Source: a virus
Virus record (IMG/VR): IMGVR_UViG_3300044633_000521
Length of the DNA stretch: 64,000 nt
Strand: one strand, 5' to 3'
Below the pieces are notes generated by a model that saw only the letters and a program-made list of their open reading frames with translations, was not told the DNA's origin and made no database searches. Of this stretch, positions 1 through 10,562 are shown in pieces. Numbering within the stretch: position 1 is the first letter of the stretch; each line of letters begins with the position of its first letter. A program made the translations under genes and the position numbers.

Positions 1-1572
1 GGGCCCTATTTCTAAACCAGGATATTGCCAATTGACATATTTCCCAATTTGTGCTAAGATTGCCTCGGTAGTTGTATCATCAGTAATTGGCATTACCCTA
101 GTTCTCTCGTCTTGTGGATTACAGCGATCTATGGCCTTATAGTTACCGTAAACAGAATAACCTCGGTTATAATAATCTTTAGTGATATCCGATATATTAT
201 CACTAATTTTTTCTAAGATTGAAACATTAACCGCAGTTAACTTGGTTATCTGATCTTCAATTTGAAGACATTGATTTATTAAATCTGACAAATCACTTGC
301 ATACGTAAACGGAGAAGTCAGATGCCAGTAATATTCTTTTAATTTTGTCAAAGACTGAAACATTCCGTCAATACGGTCAACACTCTGTAGATTAACTTTT
401 AATCGAGTTAATTCTTCAAGAGATAACTTTTCCTTTTGTTGTAAAGGTGCTAGGTTAGTTAATTGGATTTGTTTATCTCCCATAATCGGATCACTTAAAA
501 TGCCAACTAAATCGCCATAGTTAGGATGATCTTCCATCCACACGGCGTGTTCAACAAAGCGATTCTTATTGCCATCCCACCACTTGCCCCAATCAGTTAC
601 TTTTTGAAATGCTATCTCATCAAATCCTATACGCTTTGTTAACCGAACATACTCGTGAATATCCTGATAATTGGTATTTTGTACTACAAAATTGGCTACA
701 ATTTCCATATCGCTGTAGTATTTTTGTTTCCATTTAACTATATATTCACTACTTTCGATTAATTTATCCCAATCACCTTGGCGTCTGGTAATAGCATAGG
801 TCTCAGGAGTTCCGGCATCAAAACTAATCTTAAAACGTTTTACGTGTTTATGGATTCCCTTCATACGATCCCAATGGCTAGCCACTAAGATACCGTTAGT
901 AACAATCTCAATCTCAATTGGATCATCATCAGTAAGCTGTAGATTTTCTAAGATGTTACGATATACATGACTAGCAAACGGATCACCGTCACCACTTAAG
1001 GTAAATTTTAAGAAATGGTGATGATTTTGAATTAATTTAGTAATATGACGACTAATAGTCATACGCTTCTCAAATTCTTCACCTTTATTAACGAATATCA
1101 TTTCATTACGACAACTAGGACAGCTTAAGTTACAGCTATCATCTATAGCAAATACAATCCAATTAACTGTATCGGGGCGGTGCTCGATTCTATTCTCTAA
1201 ACGATCAGATTTGATTACATGACAGGTATTTTGATCACAATACTTATAAGTACCATCAATGATACTGGCTTGTATTTCGCGAGCCTTAGGACTCTGTACA
1301 ATTTCAGTTAAGCTGTTAAAATCTAAGATATTACCTACACTAATAGGCAACCATGCTTGACATACACATACAAAGCATTCACCGTTACTATCAATAGTTA
1401 CGCTATTGAACGGGTGGTAACAATACTTGCCAGTTAGTTGTAGATTTTTAGTAAAATCCATACCGTAACGATGATAAGAATCTTGACTCTTGGTGTCCAC
1501 GTCAGCTACTGTGAGTTGAGTTCTAGGTAGCTGACGCAATGCTTCTATGTTTACTAATTTAATTTCTGCCAT
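1..1572 (-). CDS. Radical SAM protein (N-terminal Cys/Twitch-like motif) fused to a probable class I SAM methyltransferase domain; runs off the window edge
   Basis: Not in the ORF track because it is truncated. Manual translation from ATG 1572: MAEIKLVNIEALRQ...YCYHPFNSVTIDSNGECFVCVC...DSCNLSCPSCR (CxxxCxxC)...LSGDGDPF...IVTNG, open to base 1 and ending ...WQYPGLEIGP (resembles MTase motif I). Confidence 0.8.
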   Translation of the reverse strand, partial: MAEIKLVNIEALRQLPRTQLTVADVDTKSQDSYHRYGMDFTKNLQLTGKYCYHPFNSVTIDSNGECFVCVCQAWLPISVGNILDFNSLTEIVQSPKAREIQASIIDGTYKYCDQNTCHVIKSDRLENRIEHRPDTVNWIVFAIDDSCNLSCPSCRNEMIFVNKGEEFEKRMTISRHITKLIQNHHHFLKFTLSGDGDPFASHVYRNILENLQLTDDDPIEIEIVTNGILVASHWDRMKGIHKHVKRFKISFDAGTPETYAITRRQGDWDKLIESSEYIVKWKQKYYSDMEIVANFVVQNTNYQDIHEYVRLTKRIGFDEIAFQKVTDWGKWWDGNKNRFVEHAVWMEDHPNYGDLVGILSDPIMGDKQIQLTNLAPLQQKEKLSLEELTRLKVNLQSVDRIDGMFQSLTKLKEYYWHLTSPFTYASDLSDLINQCLQIEDQITKLTAVNVSILEKISDNISDITKDYYNRGYSVYGNYKAIDRCNPQDERTRVMPITDDTTTEAILAQIGKYVNWQYPGLEIGP

Positions 1573-1573
1573 A

Positions 1574-4237
1574 TTATTCAAAACTAAACAAATTATCAAA
1601 GGTTGTCTTAATATCAGTATTGTTAGGAATATCCCAATCCAACACCCCTAATAGATTTTCTACCTTCTGATCTACAATAGTAGTTTCCATCAGCCCATCA
1701 TCAAACGGTAGGTCTTTAAACCACTGTGGAATGTGTGCTTCATCCGTTGGATAGCCAACACTAGTATAACCCAGCGGGTTGTCTTTGAGTTTACACACAA
1801 TAGTTTTCATACCATCAACAATGCTAGTTGAATAGTTATCACCATGCATACGTTTTAGGTTATTCCAATTAAGCGCGGCACGCACATGTCCGGGCATGTT
1901 GGCTCGGCCTAATCGTTCTTCTTCCTTGCCATACTTGGTCAAGTTGTTTACACGTTTAGGTGTGCCTTTTTCCCAAGCTGGACGTTCTTGGAATAGCAAT
2001 TTAAACTCTCTAACCTTATCATAGATGTGTTCTTTTTTACTACCTGTTAAGACATCTAACAAGATATCACTTAAGAAGTCCTGTACAACCTTAGGAGTAT
2101 CTGAACGTTTTAAGTCTAAGCCCATGGCTTTTACTTTGCCCGGTTTACCGTGTTGATCCAACCGTTTACCTTCAAGGTCAACAATCAATACAGCATAGCG
2201 TTTCTTTTTAATAAACAAACCTTTTTCGGCTACTAGTTCACGCCCACCTTTAATAACTTCGCCCATATCACGCGGTACGTGGAAGCTACGTTCCATCATG
2301 GCCGGGAAACTATCATTAACTTGATCAGCAATATTATCGTATAGTTGAATAGCAATGTCTTTTGACCATTCCATCTTACCTGCGGCTACTTCATCTTTAA
2401 CTGCAGGCCACGCACTAAAATAACATGAGTCAGTATCACCGTAGATAATAGCTTCACCGGTATGATCATATACTCCCGTAATACATTCATTAACAAACGC
2501 ATCCATGTGTTTAGCAATAGTTCTGCCCGTTAGCGTAGTACTTTGTCCAATACGTTTATCAAAGAAACGACAGCCCGGATTCAATAAGGCACCGTACAAA
2601 CTGTTCAAGTTAATCTTCTTAACCAACTGTCGTTTATCCCAGAACGCAATCTCTTCTGGGTCTGTACACTCTTTCTTCTTAGCCTGTAGTTCTTTACGTT
2701 CAGCATACCAACGCTTTAACAAGCTAGGTACAATGGCTTCTGTAGCAAAGCTAAAGATAGTACCGTTAGCACTAAGAATCCACGGTTGGTTGCTGTCAAA
2801 TATTAATTTCCAAACTTCTGTGGCGCTGTGTACTGTACTTTCGCCAGATGCTTCCCAGTCAATAGTAATTTCAACACCCGGTTTATTTTCCATAACAGCT
2901 TCATACTCTAAGGTACCAAACATATTTTCCCATGCGTCGGCAAAACTACTATTAGCATCAATCTTTTCTTTGATGTAATGATCGGTCATTATAGGACGAA
3001 GTTGTCCCACAATGGTTTCAGGACCCATGTTCAGCGCACGAATCGCACTAGGATACAGTGAGTTAATGTCAATGGCGCCAATGTAATCATGCATGCCTTT
3101 TTTAGGATGTGCTACATAAGCACCAGCCGCTTGCGTATCACCTTGATCATCACGACCTTTGCGGTTCATTACTACCATACCCTGCTGGTGTGCTTGGTTA
3201 ATGATGGCCTGCTCTGTTACTGCTACCGCGCCCATTGTAGTCTGTAGTAACACTGTGTTATCATGTGCTAGTTCGTTAGCAAGGTCTAAGAAGCGTAGTT
3301 TCTTATCTAGTTTACCTAACAACATAGTATCTTGACGGTTGTATTCGATAAACTTAGGAAAATCTTTATTATACAGCTGATCTAACGTACCTTCGTATTG
3401 TGTTTTACGTTCATCTAGTTCATATTCACCAATGGCATCCAAACTATAACTATGACGCTCTTCATAGGTGTACTTGCGATATAACTGCATATAGTCTAGA
3501 TGTACACGACCAATTAGGTCAAAGGTTAAGTTAGTAGCACCAAAGCGTTCAAAGTCACGTTGTTTGGGATACTGCCCCCACAGGCACATACGGCGTGTGT
3601 CGTCTTTGCTTAGAACACGGGTAATACGCCCAATGGTATAGGGTATATCATAACCCTCACTGTTCCACCCACTCAATATGTCCGCATCATCAATTAGGTT
3701 AAGGAATGTATCTAACATATCCTCTTCACGATCAAACAAGAAGCAGTTGTCGTATTGCTTACATATTTCTTCAGCAGTTTCCCAACTATAGCTCTTAGGC
3801 GGAATTACTAAGGTAACTAACTTGTCTAGCCAATCTAAGTAAACTGATATGGCTGTAATAGGATTGAATGGATCGTTTGTTGGAGCATAGCCGCGTTTTG
3901 GGTCAAAGTCGACCTCAATATCGAAAAAGGCAGTTTGTAGTTTAGGACTAGTAATACCAAGATAGTTTTCTTCTAAACAACGGAATACAGGATTGATATC
4001 ACTTTCCCATATCTTTTTACCATTCTGTATACGTAGTTCTTTATGGAACTCTTTACCGATACGTGTACTAAAGCGGCTTACAGGTGTGTCATAGATAGTA
4101 CGATGTTTGCCCTTAGGATCATCATAATAAAACACATAAGTTGCTGGAAATTCTCGATATTCGCGAAGACCGTTGTTGCGTTCAACGATATGGATACGAT
4201 CTTTAGCACGATCGTAGAGTGCGTCTACATAACTCAT
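1574..4237 (-). CDS. gp43: Family B DNA polymerase (T4 gp43-like), 887 aa
   Basis: Exo motifs FDIEV, GWNSEGYDIPY, YNRQD; polymerase motifs DINSLYPS, KKINLNSLYG, YGDTDS, KKRYA; SD GGAG upstream. Confidence 0.97.
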   Translation of the reverse strand: MSYVDALYDRAKDRIHIVERNNGLREYREFPATYVFYYDDPKGKHRTIYDTPVSRFSTRIGKEFHKELRIQNGKKIWESDINPVFRCLEENYLGITSPKLQTAFFDIEVDFDPKRGYAPTNDPFNPITAISVYLDWLDKLVTLVIPPKSYSWETAEEICKQYDNCFLFDREEDMLDTFLNLIDDADILSGWNSEGYDIPYTIGRITRVLSKDDTRRMCLWGQYPKQRDFERFGATNLTFDLIGRVHLDYMQLYRKYTYEERHSYSLDAIGEYELDERKTQYEGTLDQLYNKDFPKFIEYNRQDTMLLGKLDKKLRFLDLANELAHDNTVLLQTTMGAVAVTEQAIINQAHQQGMVVMNRKGRDDQGDTQAAGAYVAHPKKGMHDYIGAIDINSLYPSAIRALNMGPETIVGQLRPIMTDHYIKEKIDANSSFADAWENMFGTLEYEAVMENKPGVEITIDWEASGESTVHSATEVWKLIFDSNQPWILSANGTIFSFATEAIVPSLLKRWYAERKELQAKKKECTDPEEIAFWDKRQLVKKINLNSLYGALLNPGCRFFDKRIGQSTTLTGRTIAKHMDAFVNECITGVYDHTGEAIIYGDTDSCYFSAWPAVKDEVAAGKMEWSKDIAIQLYDNIADQVNDSFPAMMERSFHVPRDMGEVIKGGRELVAEKGLFIKKKRYAVLIVDLEGKRLDQHGKPGKVKAMGLDLKRSDTPKVVQDFLSDILLDVLTGSKKEHIYDKVREFKLLFQERPAWEKGTPKRVNNLTKYGKEEERLGRANMPGHVRAALNWNNLKRMHGDNYSTSIVDGMKTIVCKLKDNPLGYTSVGYPTDEAHIPQWFKDLPFDDGLMETTIVDQKVENLLGVLDWDIPNNTDIKTTFDNLFSFE

Positions 4238-4249
4238 TTACTCTCCATA

Positions 4250-4267
4250 TGCCACTTATAGCTGGCA
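4250..4267 (-). promoter_or_regulatory. Putative translational operator hairpin of the polymerase gene
   Basis: TGCCA-GCTATAAG-TGGCA on the minus strand: 5-bp stem and 8-nt loop just 5' of the SD (4243-4246), the same architecture as the T4 gene 43 autogenous operator. Confidence 0.5.
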
Positions 4268-4317
4268 AATACTTTTCTACATGCACATTAAGTGTGCGAC
4301 TCTTTATAGTATATATT

Positions 4318-5616
4318 CTATTTGTAATAAATGCTATAGATTTCTTTAATATTTAAATCCAAATGATATGTTTGTACTCGGTCTAAACAGAAATGTATTT
4401 CATCGTGGTTGTCAGCAAACGTTGTTGATTCTAATAGTTGATCATATCGATCATATGCTCTTTGTATGTGCTTTGATCCCAATTTACGATACTGTTCTAA
4501 CTTTTCTTTAAGTTCTGGTATTACTGCTTTAGGTATAATCTCAATACCAAAATTAGTTTGCCGATTTAGTACCAGATTAACAGCTGATCCGTAATCTTGT
4601 GTTTTAGAACTGTACCTATCATCGAAATACTTCCAAAAATCTAATATATGATGGAAATTTAACGCTGTTATAGTACTAAGCATGTTTATTTTAATATGTT
4701 TTAGTTTACTGTCGCGTTGAATATTAACCCAGTCCATTAACATATCGACATTCTTTTCTATACTAGGCCAATGGCTCGGTGTACGCTGTATCGCAGCAAT
4801 TTCATCTTTGCCATCTAAACTTAGATTTATCCATAGATGATTGTGTTTGCTCAAACTATCCAATAGACGTTTATTAATGTTTGTACAATTAGTACTAGGC
4901 CAAACCTTAAGATTCGGGTGATGATCTACTTCTGCCAGATGATCAATAAAATCAACTACTTGAGGAATCAATGTAGGTTCACCGCCTGTAAAGAACATCA
5001 ACTGTATTTTTGATATATGGTCCTTAAAAATATCCTTAAGGTCTTGTTTTATTGGCCAGTCAAATGTTGTATTGAATGGTAACTGTGCTTCAACACTATG
5101 ATCTTCGGGGCGACCCAACACGAAACTAATCTCTTTTGGCGAGTCGTGATATCTGGCATAGAATTTTTGAAATTGTGTGCTAAAACCAGGATTACACATT
5201 TTACAGGCTAGATTACATAGATTACCGATACTCAATTGAAAATCGTATGCTAGATAATCGTCAGATAGTTCACCCCCATGGGTGCGGGCATACTCTATTC
5301 GATCTGTTATATTTTCTAATTTATTTCTTTCGTTAGCGGCTTCTAAGCGTATACTGTTACCTTGTGTATTATCTTCATTCTCCATGTCCCAACAATATCT
5401 ACATAACTCAGGCTTCTCTCCACGAATCATGGCTAATCTAGTTTCTTTAATTTGTTCGCTGTTCCATGCTTCAGTCAACGTATGGGTTTGTACATTGTAT
5501 ACCTTGCCCTGACTGTCACAGTGCTGTCCATTTGCGGCGGCGCAACAGAACTTAATATCTCCGTTAGGTTCTATATCAGTATGGACAAATGCAAATGCGC
5601 AAAGAGTATTACTCAT
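4318..5616 (-). CDS. Radical SAM protein with N-terminal Twitch/SPASM-like Cys motif
   Basis: CNLACKMC, FTGGEP, STN; N-terminal C...FCC...CRYCW. Confidence 0.9.
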   Translation of the reverse strand: MSNTLCAFAFVHTDIEPNGDIKFCCAAANGQHCDSQGKVYNVQTHTLTEAWNSEQIKETRLAMIRGEKPELCRYCWDMENEDNTQGNSIRLEAANERNKLENITDRIEYARTHGGELSDDYLAYDFQLSIGNLCNLACKMCNPGFSTQFQKFYARYHDSPKEISFVLGRPEDHSVEAQLPFNTTFDWPIKQDLKDIFKDHISKIQLMFFTGGEPTLIPQVVDFIDHLAEVDHHPNLKVWPSTNCTNINKRLLDSLSKHNHLWINLSLDGKDEIAAIQRTPSHWPSIEKNVDMLMDWVNIQRDSKLKHIKINMLSTITALNFHHILDFWKYFDDRYSSKTQDYGSAVNLVLNRQTNFGIEIIPKAVIPELKEKLEQYRKLGSKHIQRAYDRYDQLLESTTFADNHDEIHFCLDRVQTYHLDLNIKEIYSIYYK

Positions 5617-6796
5617 TAGTTAACACCTTATAAAATTCTGAAAAGATTTCAGCATAGGATTGCTCACGTAGTTTATCGTATAAATTTGTATGTCTCCAAA
5701 ACTCTTTTAATAGTTCTTGTGGATCTTCATAGTCTAATCGGATATAATCTATAATTTCTTTTACTTTAAAATCCCACGATGATTCAGTTAATCTTTTAAT
5801 ATTTAAATTATCTATAATCGCCTGTTTAACTGCTTGTGGGGCAATTCTTACATTTAAATAATTTGGCCTATGTACAATATTTACTGTAGTTTCAATACCC
5901 ATCGAATGAAAAAAGTTTAGATAATCTATTAGGTAGTAAACATTTAATAGACTTACAGTAATACATACACTAAATTTAATGCTAGTATTAAATTGTGCTA
6001 ATTGTTGATAACGCTTTAAATTTTCTAATACCTTAGACCAATTAGCAGGATAACGCATATATTCAAATTGATCAGCTATCCCATCTATACTTACAGCTAA
6101 TTCTACATGATTAAAATTAGCAAACAAGGTATTGAAGTCATCGTGCCATATGGTTCCATTGGTATTAATATGTATATCTTGATGCTTAGAAGATCCTGTG
6201 CTGACACTATGCCTTAATACTTCCAATAGCGGATTAATTAATAATGGTTCAGCGCCATATAAATCATAAAATACTATACCGTCGTTCCACTTTTTAAGAG
6301 TGTCCCACAAATGATTTTCATCGTCAAAACTATCTCTAATAGAATCATAACGGCTAGCATATTCTTTAAAAGTTATGTTACTAGTATGCTGAGTAGCAGT
6401 GTAATGATCTTTATACCACTTACTACTTACATACGGGTTACAGTGGCGGCAAGTTAGATTACATGCGTTGCCAGGCTTTAACATAAACACCCTAGGTTGA
6501 TCCATTGGCCGAACTTCAGCATAGTCCTGGTTTGCCCTAGTTCTAATGCTAGAGCGGCCAGCGGCTTCTTCGTCCCAACAATCGCGACAATTAGCATGCT
6601 GTTGACCATTTAACAATGCTTGTTTTATTTCTTGGCGGGTAGGACTATTCCACCCATCTTCAATCGAGTGAGAATCTAATCGAATAGTTTTTCCCAAGGG
6701 GTCTGTAAACAATGTGCGACTCTGATTACATACCGTAACCGTTCCGTCAGTTTGTGTGGCTAAACCCAAGTCTACTAGAGCACAATACTTATTCAA
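5609..6796 (-). CDS. Radical SAM protein with N-terminal Twitch/SPASM-like Cys motif
   Basis: CNLTCRHC, YGAEP, NTNG, SIDG, YMRYP; N-terminal C...C...CRDCW. Confidence 0.9.
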   Translation of the reverse strand: MNKYCALVDLGLATQTDGTVTVCNQSRTLFTDPLGKTIRLDSHSIEDGWNSPTRQEIKQALLNGQQHANCRDCWDEEAAGRSSIRTRANQDYAEVRPMDQPRVFMLKPGNACNLTCRHCNPYVSSKWYKDHYTATQHTSNITFKEYASRYDSIRDSFDDENHLWDTLKKWNDGIVFYDLYGAEPLLINPLLEVLRHSVSTGSSKHQDIHINTNGTIWHDDFNTLFANFNHVELAVSIDGIADQFEYMRYPANWSKVLENLKRYQQLAQFNTSIKFSVCITVSLLNVYYLIDYLNFFHSMGIETTVNIVHRPNYLNVRIAPQAVKQAIIDNLNIKRLTESSWDFKVKEIIDYIRLDYEDPQELLKEFWRHTNLYDKLREQSYAEIFSEFYKVLTNE

Positions 6797-7952
6797 CCCA
6801 GTAATCCTTTAACTCAGGTAATTGATCAAATATACTATTGCCTCTATAAGCATCACGTAACGTAATAACACGACAGAATTCTAACCAAAGAGCTGTATCT
6901 TCTACAGCATTATCTAAATAATTCTCTACGGTAGCAATTAACTCGTGTATTTGATTAGTAGTAATTTCATTGTTAAACCTATGAGAGTACTGTTTAATTA
7001 TTGGCAGGTGTCTAGCTAATAGTGGCTTAGGTAGATTTGTGAATAAATGATAATTGGGACTATGTAATACAGCAAGATGAAACGTATTATCATCTTTAGC
7101 ATACCAATCTAATAGTTGCTCAACTCTTAACCAATTTAAATTACTAATAGTAGAATTAATTGCTAACTGCACTGTGTCGATTGATTTAAACTTTTGTAAA
7201 TTATCATTAAATTGTTGCCAATTACCAGGGAATCTTATATATTCGTTGAGTGCGCCAAAAGCATCAACACTTAGAGCAAGTTCAACTGTTTTAAATTTTA
7301 AGAATATATTGCGCCACGATTCGTTAAACACTGTACCATTGGATTGTATTTTAATAGTTAACCTTTTGGCCACTTCAGGGTCAATAGCTGTTAGCCATTG
7401 TTTAACCTGTGGGATAATCATAGTTTCGCCGCCACGCAGGTCTAATACTTCAATTTGATCTATATGTTTTTCAATACTTTCAAACATAGCATCAAATGTA
7501 TTGTTATCAAATGTAAAGTACTGTTGGGGAGTTGTGTCTAACTTTAATTCTATATTTTCAGTTAACATAGCTGAACTATCTTGTGAGAAGCACATTAAAC
7601 ATTTTAAATTACAATAGTTCCCCAAATGAAGTTCTATGGTTCGAAGTTGATTTGTATTAACTATATCCGCTAATTCTTTTTCATGTTTACGGTTAAAGTC
7701 TGTGCGCATACTGTAATTCCATGTGGCTTCAGCAGTATAACATGTAGCACACTGTTTTACAGGTACGCCAGCAAGCATATCAGCCTTAACCTGTTGCATA
7801 ACGGCGCCGTCAAAATAATCCTCTAAACGAACATCTCTAATATTAATTGAATTCTGATCCGAGGAGTAATTACAGCAAGGCAACAAAGCACCCGACGTTC
7901 TCATAGTAAGTCTAAAGAATGGAGCCGCACAGAAAGATTTATTGTTCAGCAT
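6789..7952 (-). CDS. Radical SAM protein with N-terminal Twitch/SPASM-like Cys motif
   Basis: CNLKCLMC, RGGE, QSNG, YIRFPG. Start moved from 7997 to ATG 7952 (MLNNKSFCAAPF), which parallels the paralog starts and overlaps the upstream stop. Confidence 0.88.
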   Translation of the reverse strand: MLNNKSFCAAPFFRLTMRTSGALLPCCNYSSDQNSINIRDVRLEDYFDGAVMQQVKADMLAGVPVKQCATCYTAEATWNYSMRTDFNRKHEKELADIVNTNQLRTIELHLGNYCNLKCLMCFSQDSSAMLTENIELKLDTTPQQYFTFDNNTFDAMFESIEKHIDQIEVLDLRGGETMIIPQVKQWLTAIDPEVAKRLTIKIQSNGTVFNESWRNIFLKFKTVELALSVDAFGALNEYIRFPGNWQQFNDNLQKFKSIDTVQLAINSTISNLNWLRVEQLLDWYAKDDNTFHLAVLHSPNYHLFTNLPKPLLARHLPIIKQYSHRFNNEITTNQIHELIATVENYLDNAVEDTALWLEFCRVITLRDAYRGNSIFDQLPELKDYWVE

Positions 7953-9330
7953 GATATTTACACTCCTGCCAGAATTCTCGCATTTGAGGGAATACATTTA
8001 AAAAGCCGAGATTCCCAGTCTGCATATATTCATCACGTTTATCGTACTCATTAAAAAAACGATAAAAGTCAGCACGCTGTTCTTGAATATACTTAGATTC
8101 TTTGGGCTCTTTCATCCAAAGCAAGTTGCGTTCCATGCGCTGTATTTCGTAGTCCTTAAAGCCAACAAAGCTATCGTTGGGCATTTGATTAGCTCGCATA
8201 AATGCTATAACATCTTCTAATACTGTGTGATAACTTGCCGGAAGTATCTGTAGACTTTGCCAAGATGGACTGCGTAGTAAAGGTGTATCAAACCAAACAC
8301 GTTGGTAAGTTTCACTATACAATTCACGTTGATCTAATATAGTCTGCAATAACTGTTTTAATCCTAAGATGTTTAAATTACTCATTGTAATGATGTAGGT
8401 TAGACTATTGCGATAAGGTATATGTGTTAGGTAACGATGTACATACGAACTTACACGATGGTAGCTCATGCCCCTACGGATATACGCGGCCTGCGCAGGA
8501 TCTCCGCTGTCTATGCTAACATATTGCATAAAGTGTTCTATACGTTCACCCTCGCATAGTTGTTTAACTTTGTCTAGGTATTTGTCAAATAGTTCAGGCT
8601 CAACACTAAAGTTACTAGTTACGTCTACATGTAAATCACTCTTAGGCAAGGCTAAGATATAATCAAACACGCGATAGGTATTCTTATCCATAAGTGGCTC
8701 GCCACCAGTCATACGAAAGTGTTTTAAGCTACCGTATAGTTCAGGCCACCAACGCCAGAACGCTTCTACATAAGGATTAGCTTCACGTACAGGAATAGGC
8801 TTACGTCTACCCTCAAAATAACTAGGGTCATTATGCTTATTATTGGTAGGATATGCGCCAAATTTAGCTATATCTTTGCCCCATTCAGTTGAATATTGTG
8901 GGCTACAATAGCTACAGGCTAGGTTACAACCATGACTGAAGTTTACTTCTACATAACTAGGAGTAGCATCTTCTAGGCCTGTGCTGTTTACTATTGCATC
9001 AAAATGTTCTGCGGCCCAAGGTTCGCCACTACGATAGTGGCGATCACTTAATTGTCCGTTGTCTTCAGCACTCCAACAGTAACTACATTCGCCAGGACGT
9101 TCTTGTTTAAGCATGATAACACGTTGTTGTTTCTTATACGCTGTGTTATGTAGGGCACTAGGATTCGTTGCTAATGGGGCAGGATCTATTTCGTGTAGGG
9201 GTGGATGGTAACAACTATTAGTCATACCAGTTGTTAGATGTAGACTTACCTGTTGCCATTTAGCCAAGCAGAGGGCAGGACCTAATTGATCCTTCATTAG
9301 TTCTGCGCTTGACATAAAATCACTACTCAC
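7939..9330 (-). CDS. Radical SAM protein
   Basis: CNLACSYC, MTGGEP, TSN, SID; N-terminal CLAKW...SCYH...CSYCW. Confidence 0.9.
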   Translation of the reverse strand: MSSDFMSSAELMKDQLGPALCLAKWQQVSLHLTTGMTNSCYHPPLHEIDPAPLATNPSALHNTAYKKQQRVIMLKQERPGECSYCWSAEDNGQLSDRHYRSGEPWAAEHFDAIVNSTGLEDATPSYVEVNFSHGCNLACSYCSPQYSTEWGKDIAKFGAYPTNNKHNDPSYFEGRRKPIPVREANPYVEAFWRWWPELYGSLKHFRMTGGEPLMDKNTYRVFDYILALPKSDLHVDVTSNFSVEPELFDKYLDKVKQLCEGERIEHFMQYVSIDSGDPAQAAYIRRGMSYHRVSSYVHRYLTHIPYRNSLTYIITMSNLNILGLKQLLQTILDQRELYSETYQRVWFDTPLLRSPSWQSLQILPASYHTVLEDVIAFMRANQMPNDSFVGFKDYEIQRMERNLLWMKEPKESKYIQEQRADFYRFFNEYDKRDEYMQTGNLGFLNVFPQMREFWQECKYHAEQ

Positions 9331-10219
9331 GAATCATCAGTCCTTGATTTTTAAAGTTACTCTTATAGTGGTGTTTGAAGAACGCACTTTCTTCCGGATC
9401 CATGTCTACGATAGGCAAGCCCAGAACACGCCTAAGGGCCTCACCCATCTCGCGGCAATTATCAGGTTCGTGATCTTTATACTTGTCCCACAACTCGGCC
9501 AGTACGTCAAAGTCTTGTACTTGACGATAATCCCATTCAGTACACATAGTCAACATAGTACCAGCACGGGCTCCGTATATTGCCCAGAAGCCGTTTTCTA
9601 CATCAGCACCTACACTTTGCCAAATACATAGATTATCATAGTTGCGACTATGTACACGATTGTTAAATTCTTGTTGCGAAGGCTTTGCTCCGCGGTCTAG
9701 ACACATCTTAACCCCCTCACGGAATCCAGCACGCCAGGCCTGAAAGGGAGTTTGGTTGGGATATGTTGTACTGTAGCAGTCTGCCATAGCCCAATAGTTT
9801 GGATAAAAACAAAACTCAACGTCATTGGCCGCACTACCATCACTGGCTTCATGAGTCTTCATTGCGTAGACAAAGTCTTTTGTCCAACAACTTAGCCCGC
9901 CATTACCATACTGTAGACCATTGATGTAGTTACGGGCACGCCAACGGAACACACAGTCTCTATTAGTGTCATCAAGTTTAAGTTGAAGGTTGAAGAACGC
10001 AGGATCAGGAAGATTGTCGCCATCAATAAGCACAAAGCGATCAGTACTACTAGCATCTGCGGCTGCTTTGTGTGCGGCATCAGTACCTTTGACTCCATCT
10101 ACTCTAACAGCCCAAGGCACCATGTTCTGTATTTTGATCCAGTTAGCTTCTTTATTAGGTTCATCATAGGTTAGGTATATTACATCCAAGTCTGCTACGT
10201 CAATTATTTCTATTGTCAT
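9323..10219 (-). CDS. Glycosyltransferase-like (GT-A fold) protein
   Basis: N-terminal VIYLTYDE strand, AHKAAA helix, then FVLIDGD (DxD); AWRAGFREGVKM motif. Confidence 0.6.
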   Translation of the reverse strand: MTIEIIDVADLDVIYLTYDEPNKEANWIKIQNMVPWAVRVDGVKGTDAAHKAAADASSTDRFVLIDGDNLPDPAFFNLQLKLDDTNRDCVFRWRARNYINGLQYGNGGLSCWTKDFVYAMKTHEASDGSAANDVEFCFYPNYWAMADCYSTTYPNQTPFQAWRAGFREGVKMCLDRGAKPSQQEFNNRVHSRNYDNLCIWQSVGADVENGFWAIYGARAGTMLTMCTEWDYRQVQDFDVLAELWDKYKDHEPDNCREMGEALRRVLGLPIVDMDPEESAFFKHHYKSNFKNQGLMIRE

Positions 10220-10562
10220 AAAATTCTATATCCGTATATTCTTCGTCTGCTTCGACTACAATTCCAGCATGTCCTCTTACTATTTTAATACCTTTTGTGC
10301 TTTTTGTCAATTGAAAATAATGCATATATACAGGAGCAACATAAATTATTTTACCATCTACTAATCTTAAATTAGACCAATTGTGTGTAATATATAATTC
10401 TCTACTTATAGCGACCCAGTTATCTCCATCAGGGAATCCACTACCGGCAAACCCAGTTATCCAGTTGTTCTCATCATAATATGCTCGATATTCCTCGTTA
10501 ACATTCGATGGTATAAACGATTGCATTGCACTAAGGAATTCTTCTTCACCTATTATATTCAT
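10200..10562 (-). CDS. Hypothetical protein
   Basis: ORF overlapping both neighbours; likely ATG 10562 with SD AAGGA. Confidence 0.65.
   Translation of the reverse strand: MNIIGEEEFLSAMQSFIPSNVNEEYRAYYDENNWITGFAGSGFPDGDNWVAISRELYITHNWSNLRLVDGKIIYVAPVYMHYFQLTKSTKGIKIVRGHAGIVVEADEEYTDIEFYDNRNN

Noticed and set aside
1574-4237. Intein or intron in the DNA polymerase
   Set aside because: Normal length, contiguous motifs, no splicing signatures.
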